The translations under genes were made by a program, and so were the position numbers. Below the pieces are notes generated by a model that did not search any database, was not told the DNA's origin, and saw only the letters and a list, made by a program, of their open reading frames with translations. From the NCBI GenBank assembly GCA_964618295.1, contig CAZTWV010000010.1:5820-69819 (forward strand): DNA of 64,000 nucleotides, written 5' to 3'. The DNA comes from an uncultured Anaerolineales bacterium (GTDB taxonomy: Bacteria; Chloroflexota; Anaerolineae; Anaerolineales; UBA11858). This document shows, in pieces, positions 28,311-37,964 of this stretch. Positions within the stretch are counted from its first letter, which is position 1; each line of letters begins with the position of its first letter.

Positions 28311-29036
28311 TTAGATCAGATGCCTTCCTCCATCAAGATGAATGATCTCGCCTGTAATATAAGCAGGACCGGTAAGTAAAAAGAGGATTGTTTTTTGTAC
28401 TTCATCCATCTCTGCCCAGCGATTTGCGGGAACATTGTCAAGAACTTCAGAAACATCTCCCCCATCGCTTGGAGGTAGAATTGCTCCAAAAGCGACTCCA
28501 TTAACAACGATCTCAGGCGCCAGAGCAGCAGCCAAGGATTTGGTCATCGCAAGCAGTCCTGATTTTGTAACGGTATAAGGAAAATGATCGGTTCCGGGCC
28601 TCAAAGCCCGCCAGTCGAGGATGTTAATTATCCTTGCTGAAAGTCCTGGGGGTTGTTTTTGCGCAAAAGCCTGACTCAATAAGAAAGGGGCGGTAAGGTT
28701 TATTGAGAGGTGAGCCTCCCAATCATCCAGGCTTGTGTTTTCCCAGGTGAGATCAGAAAAGATCGAAGCGCTGTTGATAAGGCCAAAGATCGGACCGTTT
28801 TGGAAAGCTTTTGAGATCAGCTCTTGGACCTGGTTGGGGTCAGAAAAATCGGATTGGATGATTCGAGCCTTGCGCCCCAAAGCTGTAATTTCTGATTTTG
28901 TTAGTTCGGCTTCAGTCGGGGAATTATTGTGGTGAATAATGATGTCCGACCCTGCTTTGGCCGCAGCAAGAGCCATTTCTTTGCCAAGACGTCTGGCTGC
29001 TCCGGTGATCAGTATTGTTTTATTTTGAAGATCCAT
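28311..29036 (-). CDS. Pteridine reductase-like SDR (FolM/PTR1 group)
   Basis: TGAARRLG, NSAS.F, IINILDW and YTVTK motifs; adjacent to folB-folK. Confidence 0.8.
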   Translation of the reverse strand: MDLQNKTILITGAARRLGKEMALAAAKAGSDIIIHHNNSPTEAELTKSEITALGRKARIIQSDFSDPNQVQELISKAFQNGPIFGLINSASIFSDLTWENTSLDDWEAHLSINLTAPFLLSQAFAQKQPPGLSARIINILDWRALRPGTDHFPYTVTKSGLLAMTKSLAAALAPEIVVNGVAFGAILPPSDGGDVSEVLDNVPANRWAEMDEVQKTILFLLTGPAYITGEIIHLDGGRHLI

Positions 29037-29766
29037 CCCTAACTCCTGGCGATAATCTCAAACAGATCAGATAAAATAAAATCGCTGCTGCCAGCCATAA
29101 GATTTGGTTTAGTCTAATCGAATTCCCAATCAAATCAGTTGGCGCTTGATACCGAGTCAAAACTAAACTAGAAACCGCTGTAGATAAACCGAATAACGCA
29201 AACGCACAACCTGGCTGTAAATCAGACTGGTTTAGAGCCCAAATTCCAATCCCTAATGCAATTAAGCTGCCTAGGGCTAAGTAGAGATTGACGGGATGGC
29301 GGATTTGACTCCAGAGCTGGATTCCCCACGGAAGAGATGTCTGCATTCCAAAATTTGTTCCTGAAGCGAAGCTCGACAAACGAATAAAAGTAATCAAGAT
29401 TCCCAAAAAAGGAATAAGGGCGTCTAGGGATGACAGCAGCCCCAATGATTTCTTTGTAATCAAGTAATAACCAACTGCGAGGCTGATAACAATCCCAGTG
29501 CTGGGTTCAAAAAAGTTGGTATTAAGAGAAAATATGCTCAAAAAATTGCCCTGAAATGCGAGAGGGTCACTGGCCAGGTAGGAAAGCCGGGCCCCAATCA
29601 AGCCGGATACGAGCATTGAAATTAAAAGATCACTAATTTCTTTGGGGGGTATTCCGGTTTTATCAGCCAGCTTCTCAGATAGCACGATTCCTATATAAAT
29701 CCCGAAAATTAATAACAATTCCGGAACAGGGAGTGAGATTGGCCCAAAAGAAAGTACAGGAATCAT
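29020..29766 (-). CDS. Divergent prolipoprotein diacylglyceryl transferase (Lgt)-like protein
   Basis: M.PVL.FGP, IGARL.Y, D...P, TSLPWG and RHP..LY Lgt landmarks present; HGG and R.GNF.N.E motifs altered. Confidence 0.65.
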   Translation of the reverse strand: MIPVLSFGPISLPVPELLLIFGIYIGIVLSEKLADKTGIPPKEISDLLISMLVSGLIGARLSYLASDPLAFQGNFLSIFSLNTNFFEPSTGIVISLAVGYYLITKKSLGLLSSLDALIPFLGILITFIRLSSFASGTNFGMQTSLPWGIQLWSQIRHPVNLYLALGSLIALGIGIWALNQSDLQPGCAFALFGLSTAVSSLVLTRYQAPTDLIGNSIRLNQILWLAAAILFYLICLRLSPGVRDGSSK

Positions 29767-30320
29767 GGTTGGTACTCAAGCAGTTGATTGATTTCTATCC
29801 GGATCAGGGAGAGTGGTATTGGTCCCCCGATTATAATTTTCCTGATAACTCCTTTCGCGTCAATAAAGTAGGTAGTCGGCAGGGAATGAACCTGGTAGGC
29901 TTGATTAATGGCTCCAGAGTCATCGAGCAGTACCTGGAAAGATACGGGGTTTTTGGCAAGAAAAGCATTCAGCGCTGAAATAGAATCACGATGAAGGGCA
30001 TTTACGGCGAGAATAGTTACTCCCTGCTCATCGAACTCAAGTTGAGCTTTGGAAAAATCAGGCATTTCGCGCTGACAAGGGGGACACCAGCTAGCCCAAA
30101 AATTTAGTACAACCGGGCTTCCACGATAATCTGATAGAGAAACATTTTCTCCGGTGAATGATTTTAAATCAAAGTCTGGGGCTAGATAACCTTCCTGGGG
30201 TAGGATTTCAGATTTTGGCATCAAGTCAGGACCGGGTCTTGAGATCCAGATCCAGCCTGAACCAAACAATATCAATAAAACAAGATATATCAACGATTTT
30301 GGATTCGGGTATGATTTCAT
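29763..30320 (-). CDS. Membrane-anchored TlpA/ResA family thiol-disulfide oxidoreductase
   Basis: N-terminal TM, APDF.L, LNFWASWCPPCQREMP and LPTTYFID motifs. Confidence 0.92.
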   Translation of the reverse strand: MKSYPNPKSLIYLVLLILFGSGWIWISRPGPDLMPKSEILPQEGYLAPDFDLKSFTGENVSLSDYRGSPVVLNFWASWCPPCQREMPDFSKAQLEFDEQGVTILAVNALHRDSISALNAFLAKNPVSFQVLLDDSGAINQAYQVHSLPTTYFIDAKGVIRKIIIGGPIPLSLIRIEINQLLEYQP

Positions 30321-30343
30321 TTGTTTAGACCGTCAGTGTAATG

Positions 30344-30372
30344 AGTGTATACAAATCAATTCAGCCTGTCAA
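30344..30372 (-). promoter_or_regulatory. Sigma70-type promoter for the tlpA-lgt-like-SDR-folB-folK unit
   Basis: Minus strand TTGACA-17 bp-TACACT. Confidence 0.6.
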
Positions 30373-30475
30373 GCTGAGAAAAAATTCGATCCGGAAGTAT
30401 TTATAGAATCTTAATTATACGAATTTATTTGAACAATATAATAAATAATAAGCTTATTATTGGAAGGAGGAACAA

Positions 30476-31066
30476 ATGGAAGTTAAATCAAGGAACCGGG
30501 GGATAATAGCTTTGCTGGTTATCGCATCCCTTGTGTTGGGTATCAGCGGCTTTTTGCTGTTGGTAAACTCTAGCGAAGAGCCTTTGACAGGGGCGGATGT
30601 TGGAGAGTTGTCCCAAGCAACGAATGCAATTGAGCCTGACAATGAAGCTGAAATTACAACAACTGATTTACCAACAATAGAACCAACCACTGAGGGTATT
30701 TCCTCAACTGAAACATCTGAAAGAGTGGAACCCACTGCCAGGGTAGGTTTGCAGGGAACGGATCCCGAAACAGTAAACTTAGCTTCAGGAGATATTCAAC
30801 TGATCGAGTTTTTCGCCTTTTGGTGACCGACTTGCCAGAACATGGCGCCCATCGTGCATGGGCTTGAAGTTGAATTTCATGATGAAATAAAATTTGTTTA
30901 CTTGAATATTGATGATCCAGCCAACGATCAATTTAAACAGGAGTTGGGCTACCGCTATCAACCGCACTTCTTGTTAATTGATGGGGAGGGATATATTCTG
31001 GAACAATGGCTTGGCCCGGTTAGCGCTGATGATTTTCGAGACTCATTTTCCGAGTATCTGGAATAG
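30476..31066 (+). CDS. Membrane-anchored thioredoxin-fold selenoprotein (UxxC, Sec at TGA 30824-30826)
   Basis: Track ORFs 30476-30826 and 30842-31066 are in the same frame. Read-through gives IEFFAFW-U-PTCQNMAPIVHGLE...FVYLNID...YQPHFLLID, a thioredoxin WCxxC motif with TGA at the first Cys. Confidence 0.85.
30830..30870 (+). promoter_or_regulatory. Candidate bacterial SECIS element
   Basis: GCCCAT-CGTGC-ATGGGC hairpin (30847-30863) with G at loop position 2; loop begins 26 nt after the UGA; possible lower pairing ACTT/AAGT. Confidence 0.65.
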
Positions 31067-31078
31067 GATTGGGTAGGG

Positions 31079-31117
31079 AGATAAACATCCCTGCCAAATG
31101 AACAGGGATGTTTATCT
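31079..31117 (+). terminator. 15-bp perfect inverted repeat after the selenoprotein gene (terminator or operator)
   Basis: AGATAAACATCCCTG-9 nt-CAGGGATGTTTATCT. Confidence 0.65.
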
Positions 31118-31222
31118 AGTTACTTCCTGGAATCGTTATGCTTTTTATTCGAAAAATATTAAACAATTGAACAGTGGTTGGAAAGAAACGGTGTTTAAAT
31201 TGTAGGAGAATGGAGGTGCTTG

Positions 31223-31426
31223 ATGAAAAATATTACATTCGAAGTTCAAAACATAACTTGCGGTCACTGCGTCCGGACGATTGAGATGGAACTGGGAGAG
31301 CTGGCTGGGGTTGAAAATGTAACTGTGGAACAGGAATCTAAAAAGGTTAAAGTTAGTTTTGAAAAACCTGCCACAGAGGAACGCATACGAGATCTGTTAA
31401 CAGAAATAAATTATCCGGCCGAGTAG
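31223..31426 (+). CDS. copZ: Copper chaperone (HMA domain)
   Basis: ITCGHC metal-binding motif; 67 aa; directly upstream of a P1B ATPase. Confidence 0.88.
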   Translation: MKNITFEVQNITCGHCVRTIEMELGELAGVENVTVEQESKKVKVSFEKPATEERIRDLLTEINYPAE

Positions 31427-31446
31427 CGAAAAGAACTTAATTAAAC

Positions 31447-33888
31447 ATGTCAAAGGAAAATATGGCGGAAAACAAACAAAGTATTGTTCCAGTTACAGGC
31501 ATGACCTGCGCAAATTGTGTGGCTGCAGTGGAGCGAAATATCAAAAAAGAAGATGGGATCTCGCAGGCATACGTTAACCTGTCGACAGAGAGAGCTGTTT
31601 TTGAATTTGATCCGAACAGGACAAATTTAAATTCTGTTATAGAAAGAATAGAAAGAGCGGGATATGGAATTGCGCTTGGCGATGCTGAATTCCTTATCAG
31701 AAATATTGCCGATGATCAGGACGGTAAGCGGATTGAAAGTGAACTTAAGAAGATAGAAGGGGTTAAGGAATTTTCTGTAAGCTGGATCAATGGCAAAGTG
31801 TTTATCAAATACATACCAACCATTGTCAGCCAACAGGATATCCGGGGCAGGCTGGAAAGAATTGGATTTGAGTTGGAAACCCTCGGAAAAGAGATTGAGG
31901 ATGCGGAAGAAAAAGCCAGAAAAAACGAAATCAAAGAACAGCGCAGGCTTTTGATAATTGGCGCTGCATTTACAATCCCACTCTTCTTGTTGTCAATGGG
32001 TAGAGATATGGGCTTATGGGGGCAGTGGGCCATGGCTCCCTGGGTGAACTGGTTAATGTTTGCCCTCGCAACGCCGGTTCAGTTTTATGTAGGATGGCAG
32101 TATTATACCGGGGCTATTCAATCAATTCGAAATAGATTCGCAAATATGGATGTCCTGATTGCTCTGGGATCTACAGCTGCATATGTATATTCGCTTCCAA
32201 TACTTTTTGGCTTGGTTAGTGGGCATGTTTATTTTGAAACCTCCGCTATGATTATTACGCTCATAAAAGCAGGGAAGTATTTAGAAGCTCTGGCAAAAGG
32301 AAGAACCAGTCAGGCAATTAGAAAACTCCTTTCACTGAAAGCTGAAAAAGCATCTGTAATTAGAGCTGAAAAAGAAATTGAGATTCCTGTGGAAGATGTC
32401 CAGGTAGGGGATCTGGTCGTTGTCAGACCCGGTGAAAAAATCCCGGTGGATGGCGTGGTAGTTGAGGGTCACTCTGCAGTGGATGAGTCTATGCTGACCG
32501 GTGAATCTATGCCAGTAGAAAAACAAACTGGCGATCAGGTTATCGGTGCGACCATAAACAAAATGGGGAGAATTAAGTTCGAGGCAGTAAAAGTTGGTAA
32601 GGAAACAGCTTTAGCCCAAATTGTTCGACTTGTCGAAGAAGCACAGGGGAGCAAAGCCCCTATCCAAAAAATTGCTGATAGAGTGTCTGCGGTATTTGTG
32701 CCGATCGTAGTTTCTATTGCAGTAATGACGTTTCTTGTCTGGTTCTTATTAATGCCGCCAGGAATCAATTCAGATCAAAGTCTAATGACCAGGGCCTTGC
32801 TAAATTCTGTAGCGGTCTTATTGATTGCCTGTCCCTGTGCAATGGGGCTGGCAACTCCGACTGCTGTAATGGTGGGGACAGGAAAAGGGGCCCAAAACGG
32901 GATTCTATTTAGAACAGGGGAAGCACTTGAAATTGCTGGTAATATCGATACTGTTATTCTTGATAAAACAGGCACGATAACCCGGGGACAACCTGTAATG
33001 ACCGATTTTATCAATTTGAAACCTGAATTGTTTGATGAAAATCGATTAATACAAATTGCGGCATCTGTTGAAAATGCATCTGAGCATCCATTGGGAGAGG
33101 CAGTCGTAGCTGGGGCAGAAGAGAAAGGAATCCAGTGCGATCTAGAATTAGAAAGATTTCAGGCTGAGGTCGGGATGGGGGTTTCAGCCCAGGTAGATGG
33201 CTTGAATGTGTTGATAGGAAATGCGCGGTTGTTAGAAAAAAACGAGATTCAATGGGAAGAAGTCAGACCAGAATTTGAGGCGCTGGAAGACGAAGGAAAA
33301 ACTGCTGTGTTTTTGGTGATTGATCAGCAGGCAGCGGCTTTGGTTGGGATTGCAGATACGATTAAAGAAAATTCCAAATCTGCTGTAAAAGAGCTGCTTA
33401 ATTTGGGGGTCGATGTGATCATGGTTACAGGAGATAACCAGCGAACCGCTGACGTTGTAGCTGGTCAAGCTGGAATAACCAAAGTAGAAGCAGAAGTCTT
33501 GCCAGATCAAAAATCGAATATAGTCAAAGAAATGCAGAAAAATGGAAAATCAGTTGCAATGGTGGGGGATGGAATAAATGATGCGCCTGCTATTGCCCAG
33601 GCAGATGTGGGGATTTCACTTGGTACGGGTTCGGATATCGCGATCGCAACAGCCCCCATAACCCTGATTAGTGGGAATTTGCAGGGTATACCCAGGATGA
33701 TAAGCCTTTCTCGTAAAACAATGCGGACGATTCGGGAAAATCTTTTTTGGGCTTTTATTTACAATATAATTTTAATCCCGGTTGCTGCAGCCGGTTTTTT
33801 GAATCCGATGCTCGCTGCTGGAGCTATGGCTTTGAGTGATATCTTTGTAATTGGAAACAGCTTGCGCTTGGCCAGGTGGCATGTTTAA
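31447..33888 (+). CDS. copA: Cu(I)-translocating P1B-type ATPase
   Basis: [32 protein letters not shown], and YN / MxxS transmembrane motifs. Confidence 0.95.
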   Translation: MSKENMAENKQSIVPVTGMTCANCVAAVERNIKKEDGISQAYVNLSTERAVFEFDPNRTNLNSVIERIERAGYGIALGDAEFLIRNIADDQDGKRIESELKKIEGVKEFSVSWINGKVFIKYIPTIVSQQDIRGRLERIGFELETLGKEIEDAEEKARKNEIKEQRRLLIIGAAFTIPLFLLSMGRDMGLWGQWAMAPWVNWLMFALATPVQFYVGWQYYTGAIQSIRNRFANMDVLIALGSTAAYVYSLPILFGLVSGHVYFETSAMIITLIKAGKYLEALAKGRTSQAIRKLLSLKAEKASVIRAEKEIEIPVEDVQVGDLVVVRPGEKIPVDGVVVEGHSAVDESMLTGESMPVEKQTGDQVIGATINKMGRIKFEAVKVGKETALAQIVRLVEEAQGSKAPIQKIADRVSAVFVPIVVSIAVMTFLVWFLLMPPGINSDQSLMTRALLNSVAVLLIACPCAMGLATPTAVMVGTGKGAQNGILFRTGEALEIAGNIDTVILDKTGTITRGQPVMTDFINLKPELFDENRLIQIAASVENASEHPLGEAVVAGAEEKGIQCDLELERFQAEVGMGVSAQVDGLNVLIGNARLLEKNEIQWEEVRPEFEALEDEGKTAVFLVIDQQAAALVGIADTIKENSKSAVKELLNLGVDVIMVTGDNQRTADVVAGQAGITKVEAEVLPDQKSNIVKEMQKNGKSVAMVGDGINDAPAIAQADVGISLGTGSDIAIATAPITLISGNLQGIPRMISLSRKTMRTIRENLFWAFIYNIILIPVAAAGFLNPMLAAGAMALSDIFVIGNSLRLARWHV

Positions 33889-33990
33889 TCAGGGCAGTAT
33901 GGATCTGTGCAAATCCAATTAATTGTTGATACAATTCAGAAAGGTTTCCAAGATGGTTCAGGAAAAAAATTAAGGGTATTAGGGATTATT

Positions 33991-35070
33991 ATGGGACAGG
34001 AAAAAGTTCGTGTAGCAATAATTGGGATTGGAAACTGTGCCTCCGCGCTGGTTCAGGGAGTTCAGTATTACAGCGACGCAAACCAGGATGAGGTCATCCC
34101 CGGAATCATGCATCCCGTGATGGGGAATTACCATATCAGAGATATTGAATTTTCTGCTGCATTTGATATTGCGCTAGGAAAAGTTGGAAAAGATCTCAGC
34201 CAGGCGATTTGGGCAGAACCAAATAATACAACAAAGTTTTCCGAAGTTCCTGACCTAGATGTGCCTGTTCATCGTGGGATGACCCATGATGGCCTGGGTA
34301 CATATTTACTTGATCATATGGAAAAAGCGCCTGGCTCAACTGATGACATTGTCCAAATATTAAAGGACACAAAAACAGATATAGTCGTAAATTTCCTGCC
34401 TGTTGGTTCTGAAATGGCAACCAAATGGTATGTCGAGCAAGTTCTGGATGCAGGGTGCGCTTTTGTAAATGGGATTCCAGTTTTTATCGCTTCCTCTGAG
34501 TATTGGAGTAAAAGATTTGTTGACAGGGGCCTGCCTGTGATTGGTGATGATATCAAGAGCCAGGTAGGGGCTACTATCGTACACAGGGTGCTTGCAAATT
34601 TAATGCAGGACCGTGGTGTTCATTTAGATCGAACCTACCAATTAAACTTTGGGGGAAATATGGATTTTTATAATATGTTAGACCGGGATAGGCTCCAGTC
34701 TAAGAAGATTTCTAAAACTCAAGCCGTAAGCAGTCAGCTGAAATATGAACTGGATGAAGGTGATATTCATGTAGGGCCAAGTGATTATGTTCCCTGGCTG
34801 ACCGATCGGAAATGGGCAAATATCCGATTAGAGGGCAGAGCTTTTGGGGATGTACCCTTGAATATTGAACTAAAATTAGAGGTGTGGGATTCGCCAAATT
34901 CGGCTGGGGTTATGATTGATGCTGTTCGCTGCGCGAAAATCGGATTGGATCAAAAACTCGCAGGTCCTCTCCTGGAGCCATCGGCTTATTTTATGAAATC
35001 ACCACCCATTCAGTATACAGATGATCAGGCCAGAGAACTTGTCGAAGTTTTTATTCAACAGGCAAAATAA
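33991..35070 (+). CDS. ino1: myo-inositol-1(3)-phosphate synthase
   Basis: [44 protein letters not shown] and DSPNSAG motifs; ATG 33991 preferred over the upstream GTG. Confidence 0.95.
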   Translation: MGQEKVRVAIIGIGNCASALVQGVQYYSDANQDEVIPGIMHPVMGNYHIRDIEFSAAFDIALGKVGKDLSQAIWAEPNNTTKFSEVPDLDVPVHRGMTHDGLGTYLLDHMEKAPGSTDDIVQILKDTKTDIVVNFLPVGSEMATKWYVEQVLDAGCAFVNGIPVFIASSEYWSKRFVDRGLPVIGDDIKSQVGATIVHRVLANLMQDRGVHLDRTYQLNFGGNMDFYNMLDRDRLQSKKISKTQAVSSQLKYELDEGDIHVGPSDYVPWLTDRKWANIRLEGRAFGDVPLNIELKLEVWDSPNSAGVMIDAVRCAKIGLDQKLAGPLLEPSAYFMKSPPIQYTDDQARELVEVFIQQAK

Positions 35071-35098
35071 AGTTACAAAGAAAAGGATAAATTTAACT

Positions 35099-36184
35099 GT
35101 GAAAGATTTTTGCAAGTTATCCAGACGCGGTTTTGTGAAAAATGCAGGAGCGTTTGCCGGGGCTGCACTGGTCAACCAGCTTACAGGACGGTTCTGGCAG
35201 ATTGATGTACCCAATTCAGAAAAGATAGGACGGGTTGCGGTCGGTCGCGTGGATATAAAAATGCGACCCGATTATGAATCTCAAACAGTGGGTGTGTATT
35301 ATGAGGATCAGGTGATCCCCTGGCTGCGGGAAACGATCGGTTCCTGGCCCTATCGGAATAATCAACGCTGGATTGAAACACCGGATGGTTATGTCTGGAG
35401 CCCAGAAATACAACCGGTCCAAAATGAACCAAATGAGCCTTTGAGCGCACTGCCAGAAAATCAGCCTGGGATTTGGACAGAAGTTACAGTTCCATATATG
35501 GATGCAGTTCTTGAAAATCCTCCTGCCAGATCTTCCTGGTGGAGTTTGCAGGCCAGTAAAAATTTACCCCCGCGATTTTATTACAGCCAAATTCTGTGGG
35601 TAGATCAAATCAAAATTGGGTCTGACGGTGATCTTTGGTACAGGGTAAATGAGCGATATGGAAACCCCGGGGATTTGCTGTGGGTTCCTGGGGTAGCGCT
35701 TAGGCTAATTACTGAAGAAGAACTGGCTCCAATCCGACCTCAAGTTGAAAATAAACAAATAGTGATTGATATCACGAGTTCGCATCAAACATTATCCTGC
35801 TATGAGGGAGATACCGAAGTGTATTTTTGCAGGATTTCATCTGGGAAAGGCACAAATTCAACCCCCGTATCTGCCTACGGATCCCCGGGATTTAATATTT
35901 GGCGAAAACTACACTCAATCCAAATGGCTGGTGGTACGAACCAGGCAGGCTGGATGATCCCAGGAATTGGATGGGCCTCGTTTTTCCTTGGTTCAGGAGT
36001 TGCGATCCATTCCACTTTCTGGCACAACAATTTTGGCGAACCTTCTTCGCATGGCTGTGTAAACGCCGCACCTGAAGATGCTAAATGGATTTTCCGCTGG
36101 GCCAATCCGGTAACTCCATTTATGGAAGGGGATATCACAGTTTCGGGAGAAATTGGAACACCGGTTAAGGTTTTTGAATACTAG
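35099..36184 (+). CDS. Tat-exported L,D-transpeptidase (YkuD) family protein
   Basis: SRRGFVK twin-arginine signal; AIHSTFWHNNFGEPSSHGCVN catalytic motif; GTG start after AAAGGA. Confidence 0.85.
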   Translation: MKDFCKLSRRGFVKNAGAFAGAALVNQLTGRFWQIDVPNSEKIGRVAVGRVDIKMRPDYESQTVGVYYEDQVIPWLRETIGSWPYRNNQRWIETPDGYVWSPEIQPVQNEPNEPLSALPENQPGIWTEVTVPYMDAVLENPPARSSWWSLQASKNLPPRFYYSQILWVDQIKIGSDGDLWYRVNERYGNPGDLLWVPGVALRLITEEELAPIRPQVENKQIVIDITSSHQTLSCYEGDTEVYFCRISSGKGTNSTPVSAYGSPGFNIWRKLHSIQMAGGTNQAGWMIPGIGWASFFLGSGVAIHSTFWHNNFGEPSSHGCVNAAPEDAKWIFRWANPVTPFMEGDITVSGEIGTPVKVFEY

Positions 36185-36234
36185 CCAAATCCGGGTGAAA
36201 AATATCATATTTAACAGTTATCAAAGGAATAAAA

Positions 36235-36972
36235 ATGGATGCAGTTAGTTTTTTCACTCTCGGATCCGCCTTTTTGGCTGGATTAGCGTCATTCCTTTCC
36301 CCCTGCGTTCTTCCGTTAGTGCCTGCGTATGTTGGTTATCTGGGTGGGAGATCAGCTTTTGGAGAATCAGATGAAAAAAACGAAAGATGGGCGACGTTCA
36401 GTCATGGCCTGGCTTTCGTGATTGGTTTTAGTATTGTCTTTATCCTGCTTGGCGTAGCCACCTCGGCTTTGGGGTCGCTGCTGACTGGAGCCCGTGATTG
36501 GTTGGAAAAGATCGGTGGGTTAGTTGTCATAATGTTCGGTATCCATATGACCGGTATTTGGAAAATCCCTTTTCTCCAGTATGACACCAGAAAAACAGCC
36601 AATACAGCCCGGCAAAAAGGTTATCTTTCATCGGTGCTGATGGGTGTTTTCTTTTCAGCAGGCTGGTCACCATGCGTTGGGCCAGTTCTGGGAGCGATTT
36701 TAACGCTCTCTCTGCGAGGGGGCTCAGCCCTGGTTGGAGGGACTCTCTTGACTGCTTACTCTGCGGGCCTGGCTATTCCTTTCCTGATTGCAGCTCTGGG
36801 GGTTGGATGGGTGACTGCTGTTCTTAAAAAATATGGTAAGGCAATGCACTATCTTGAAATAACAATGGGTGTGATCCTGATCATCATCGGAAACTTGCTG
36901 CTCTGGGGATGGTTTGAAAGATTGACCATTTACCTCCAAAGATTTGGTACACTTTTCACTGTAAACTTTTAA
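36235..36972 (+). CDS. ccdA: Cytochrome c biogenesis / thiol-reduction transporter CcdA
   Basis: SFLSPCVLPLVPAY and GWSPCVGPVLGAIL motifs. Confidence 0.93.
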   Translation: MDAVSFFTLGSAFLAGLASFLSPCVLPLVPAYVGYLGGRSAFGESDEKNERWATFSHGLAFVIGFSIVFILLGVATSALGSLLTGARDWLEKIGGLVVIMFGIHMTGIWKIPFLQYDTRKTANTARQKGYLSSVLMGVFFSAGWSPCVGPVLGAILTLSLRGGSALVGGTLLTAYSAGLAIPFLIAALGVGWVTAVLKKYGKAMHYLEITMGVILIIIGNLLLWGWFERLTIYLQRFGTLFTVNF

Positions 36973-36987
36973 CAAGGAAACCAATTT

Positions 36988-37962
36988 GTGCTCACTGTAA
37001 CCCTTTACACCCGGCCGGGTTGTGAATTATGCCTTAAGGCTGAAGAAAGCTTAAATGTATTACAGGAAAAATACCCCCACCGCCTGGTTTTGGTGGATGT
37101 TGCAAAACAGGATCTTAGAATGTATGCTGCGGAGATCCCTGTGATAGAAGTTGGTCCTTACAGCATCAAGGCCCCTTTTGACAGGAAAACAATTGAAATC
37201 ACACTTGCTTCTGCATTAGAAAGGCAGGCTCAATTGTCTGAGATTGATTTACCTGAACACAGGGATCGGCTTAAACGAGGGAAAAGGTTTTCTGCTGTGG
37301 ACAGGTTCTTTTTATGGCTTTCTAAGAGATACATGCTTGTGTTTAATTTCGCAGTATTCCTCTATGTCGGATTGGCATTTTTAGCCCCGGTATTACTGAT
37401 GAATGGCTATCAAAGACCAGCGAAATTTATGTACAGTGTATACAGCAGATTATGCCATCAGCTTGCTTTCAGGTCATGGTTTATTGATGGAGAACAGCTA
37501 GCTTACCCGCGGGCTGCTGCCGGCCTTGATTCTTACATGACTTATCAGGAAGCAACTGGACTGGATCCTTTGGATCTGGCTGCTGCCCAGCAATTAACAG
37601 GCAATCCGGATTTGGGATATAAAGTTGCACTTTGCCAGCGAGATGTAGCGATTTACCTGGCTATTTTGCTCTTTGGAATTCTGTTTTCTCTGAGCGGTAA
37701 ACGGTTAAAAAGTTTACCAATCGCAGCCTGGATAATAATGGGGATGGTGCCAATTGGACTGGACGGCGTAAGTCAGATAATTAGTCAGCTACCCTGGGAA
37801 ATAATTCCAGTGAGGGAAAGCACTCCTTTATTGAGGACCTTGACCGGCGCTTTGTTTGGTTTTACAACCGCCTGGTTCGGTTATCCCCTGGTTGAAGAAT
37901 CGATGGCGGATACACGAAAAATAATGACTGTAAAGCATGCAGTTGTGAAAGGAAAAAAATAA
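36988..37962 (+). CDS. Glutaredoxin-like domain fused to a DUF2085-type membrane domain
   Basis: N-terminal LYTRPGCELC; membrane part with LCHQ...RS, LCQRD.AIY, P.GLDG..Q and ES...LR.LTG motifs. Confidence 0.75.
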   Translation: MLTVTLYTRPGCELCLKAEESLNVLQEKYPHRLVLVDVAKQDLRMYAAEIPVIEVGPYSIKAPFDRKTIEITLASALERQAQLSEIDLPEHRDRLKRGKRFSAVDRFFLWLSKRYMLVFNFAVFLYVGLAFLAPVLLMNGYQRPAKFMYSVYSRLCHQLAFRSWFIDGEQLAYPRAAAGLDSYMTYQEATGLDPLDLAAAQQLTGNPDLGYKVALCQRDVAIYLAILLFGILFSLSGKRLKSLPIAAWIIMGMVPIGLDGVSQIISQLPWEIIPVRESTPLLRTLTGALFGFTTAWFGYPLVEESMADTRKIMTVKHAVVKGKK

Positions 37963-37964
37963 AA

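Noticed and set aside
30476-31066. Two separate small genes or a nonsense pseudogene
   Set aside because: The TGA falls exactly on the catalytic Cys position and is followed by a SECIS-like hairpin, so Sec recoding is more parsimonious.
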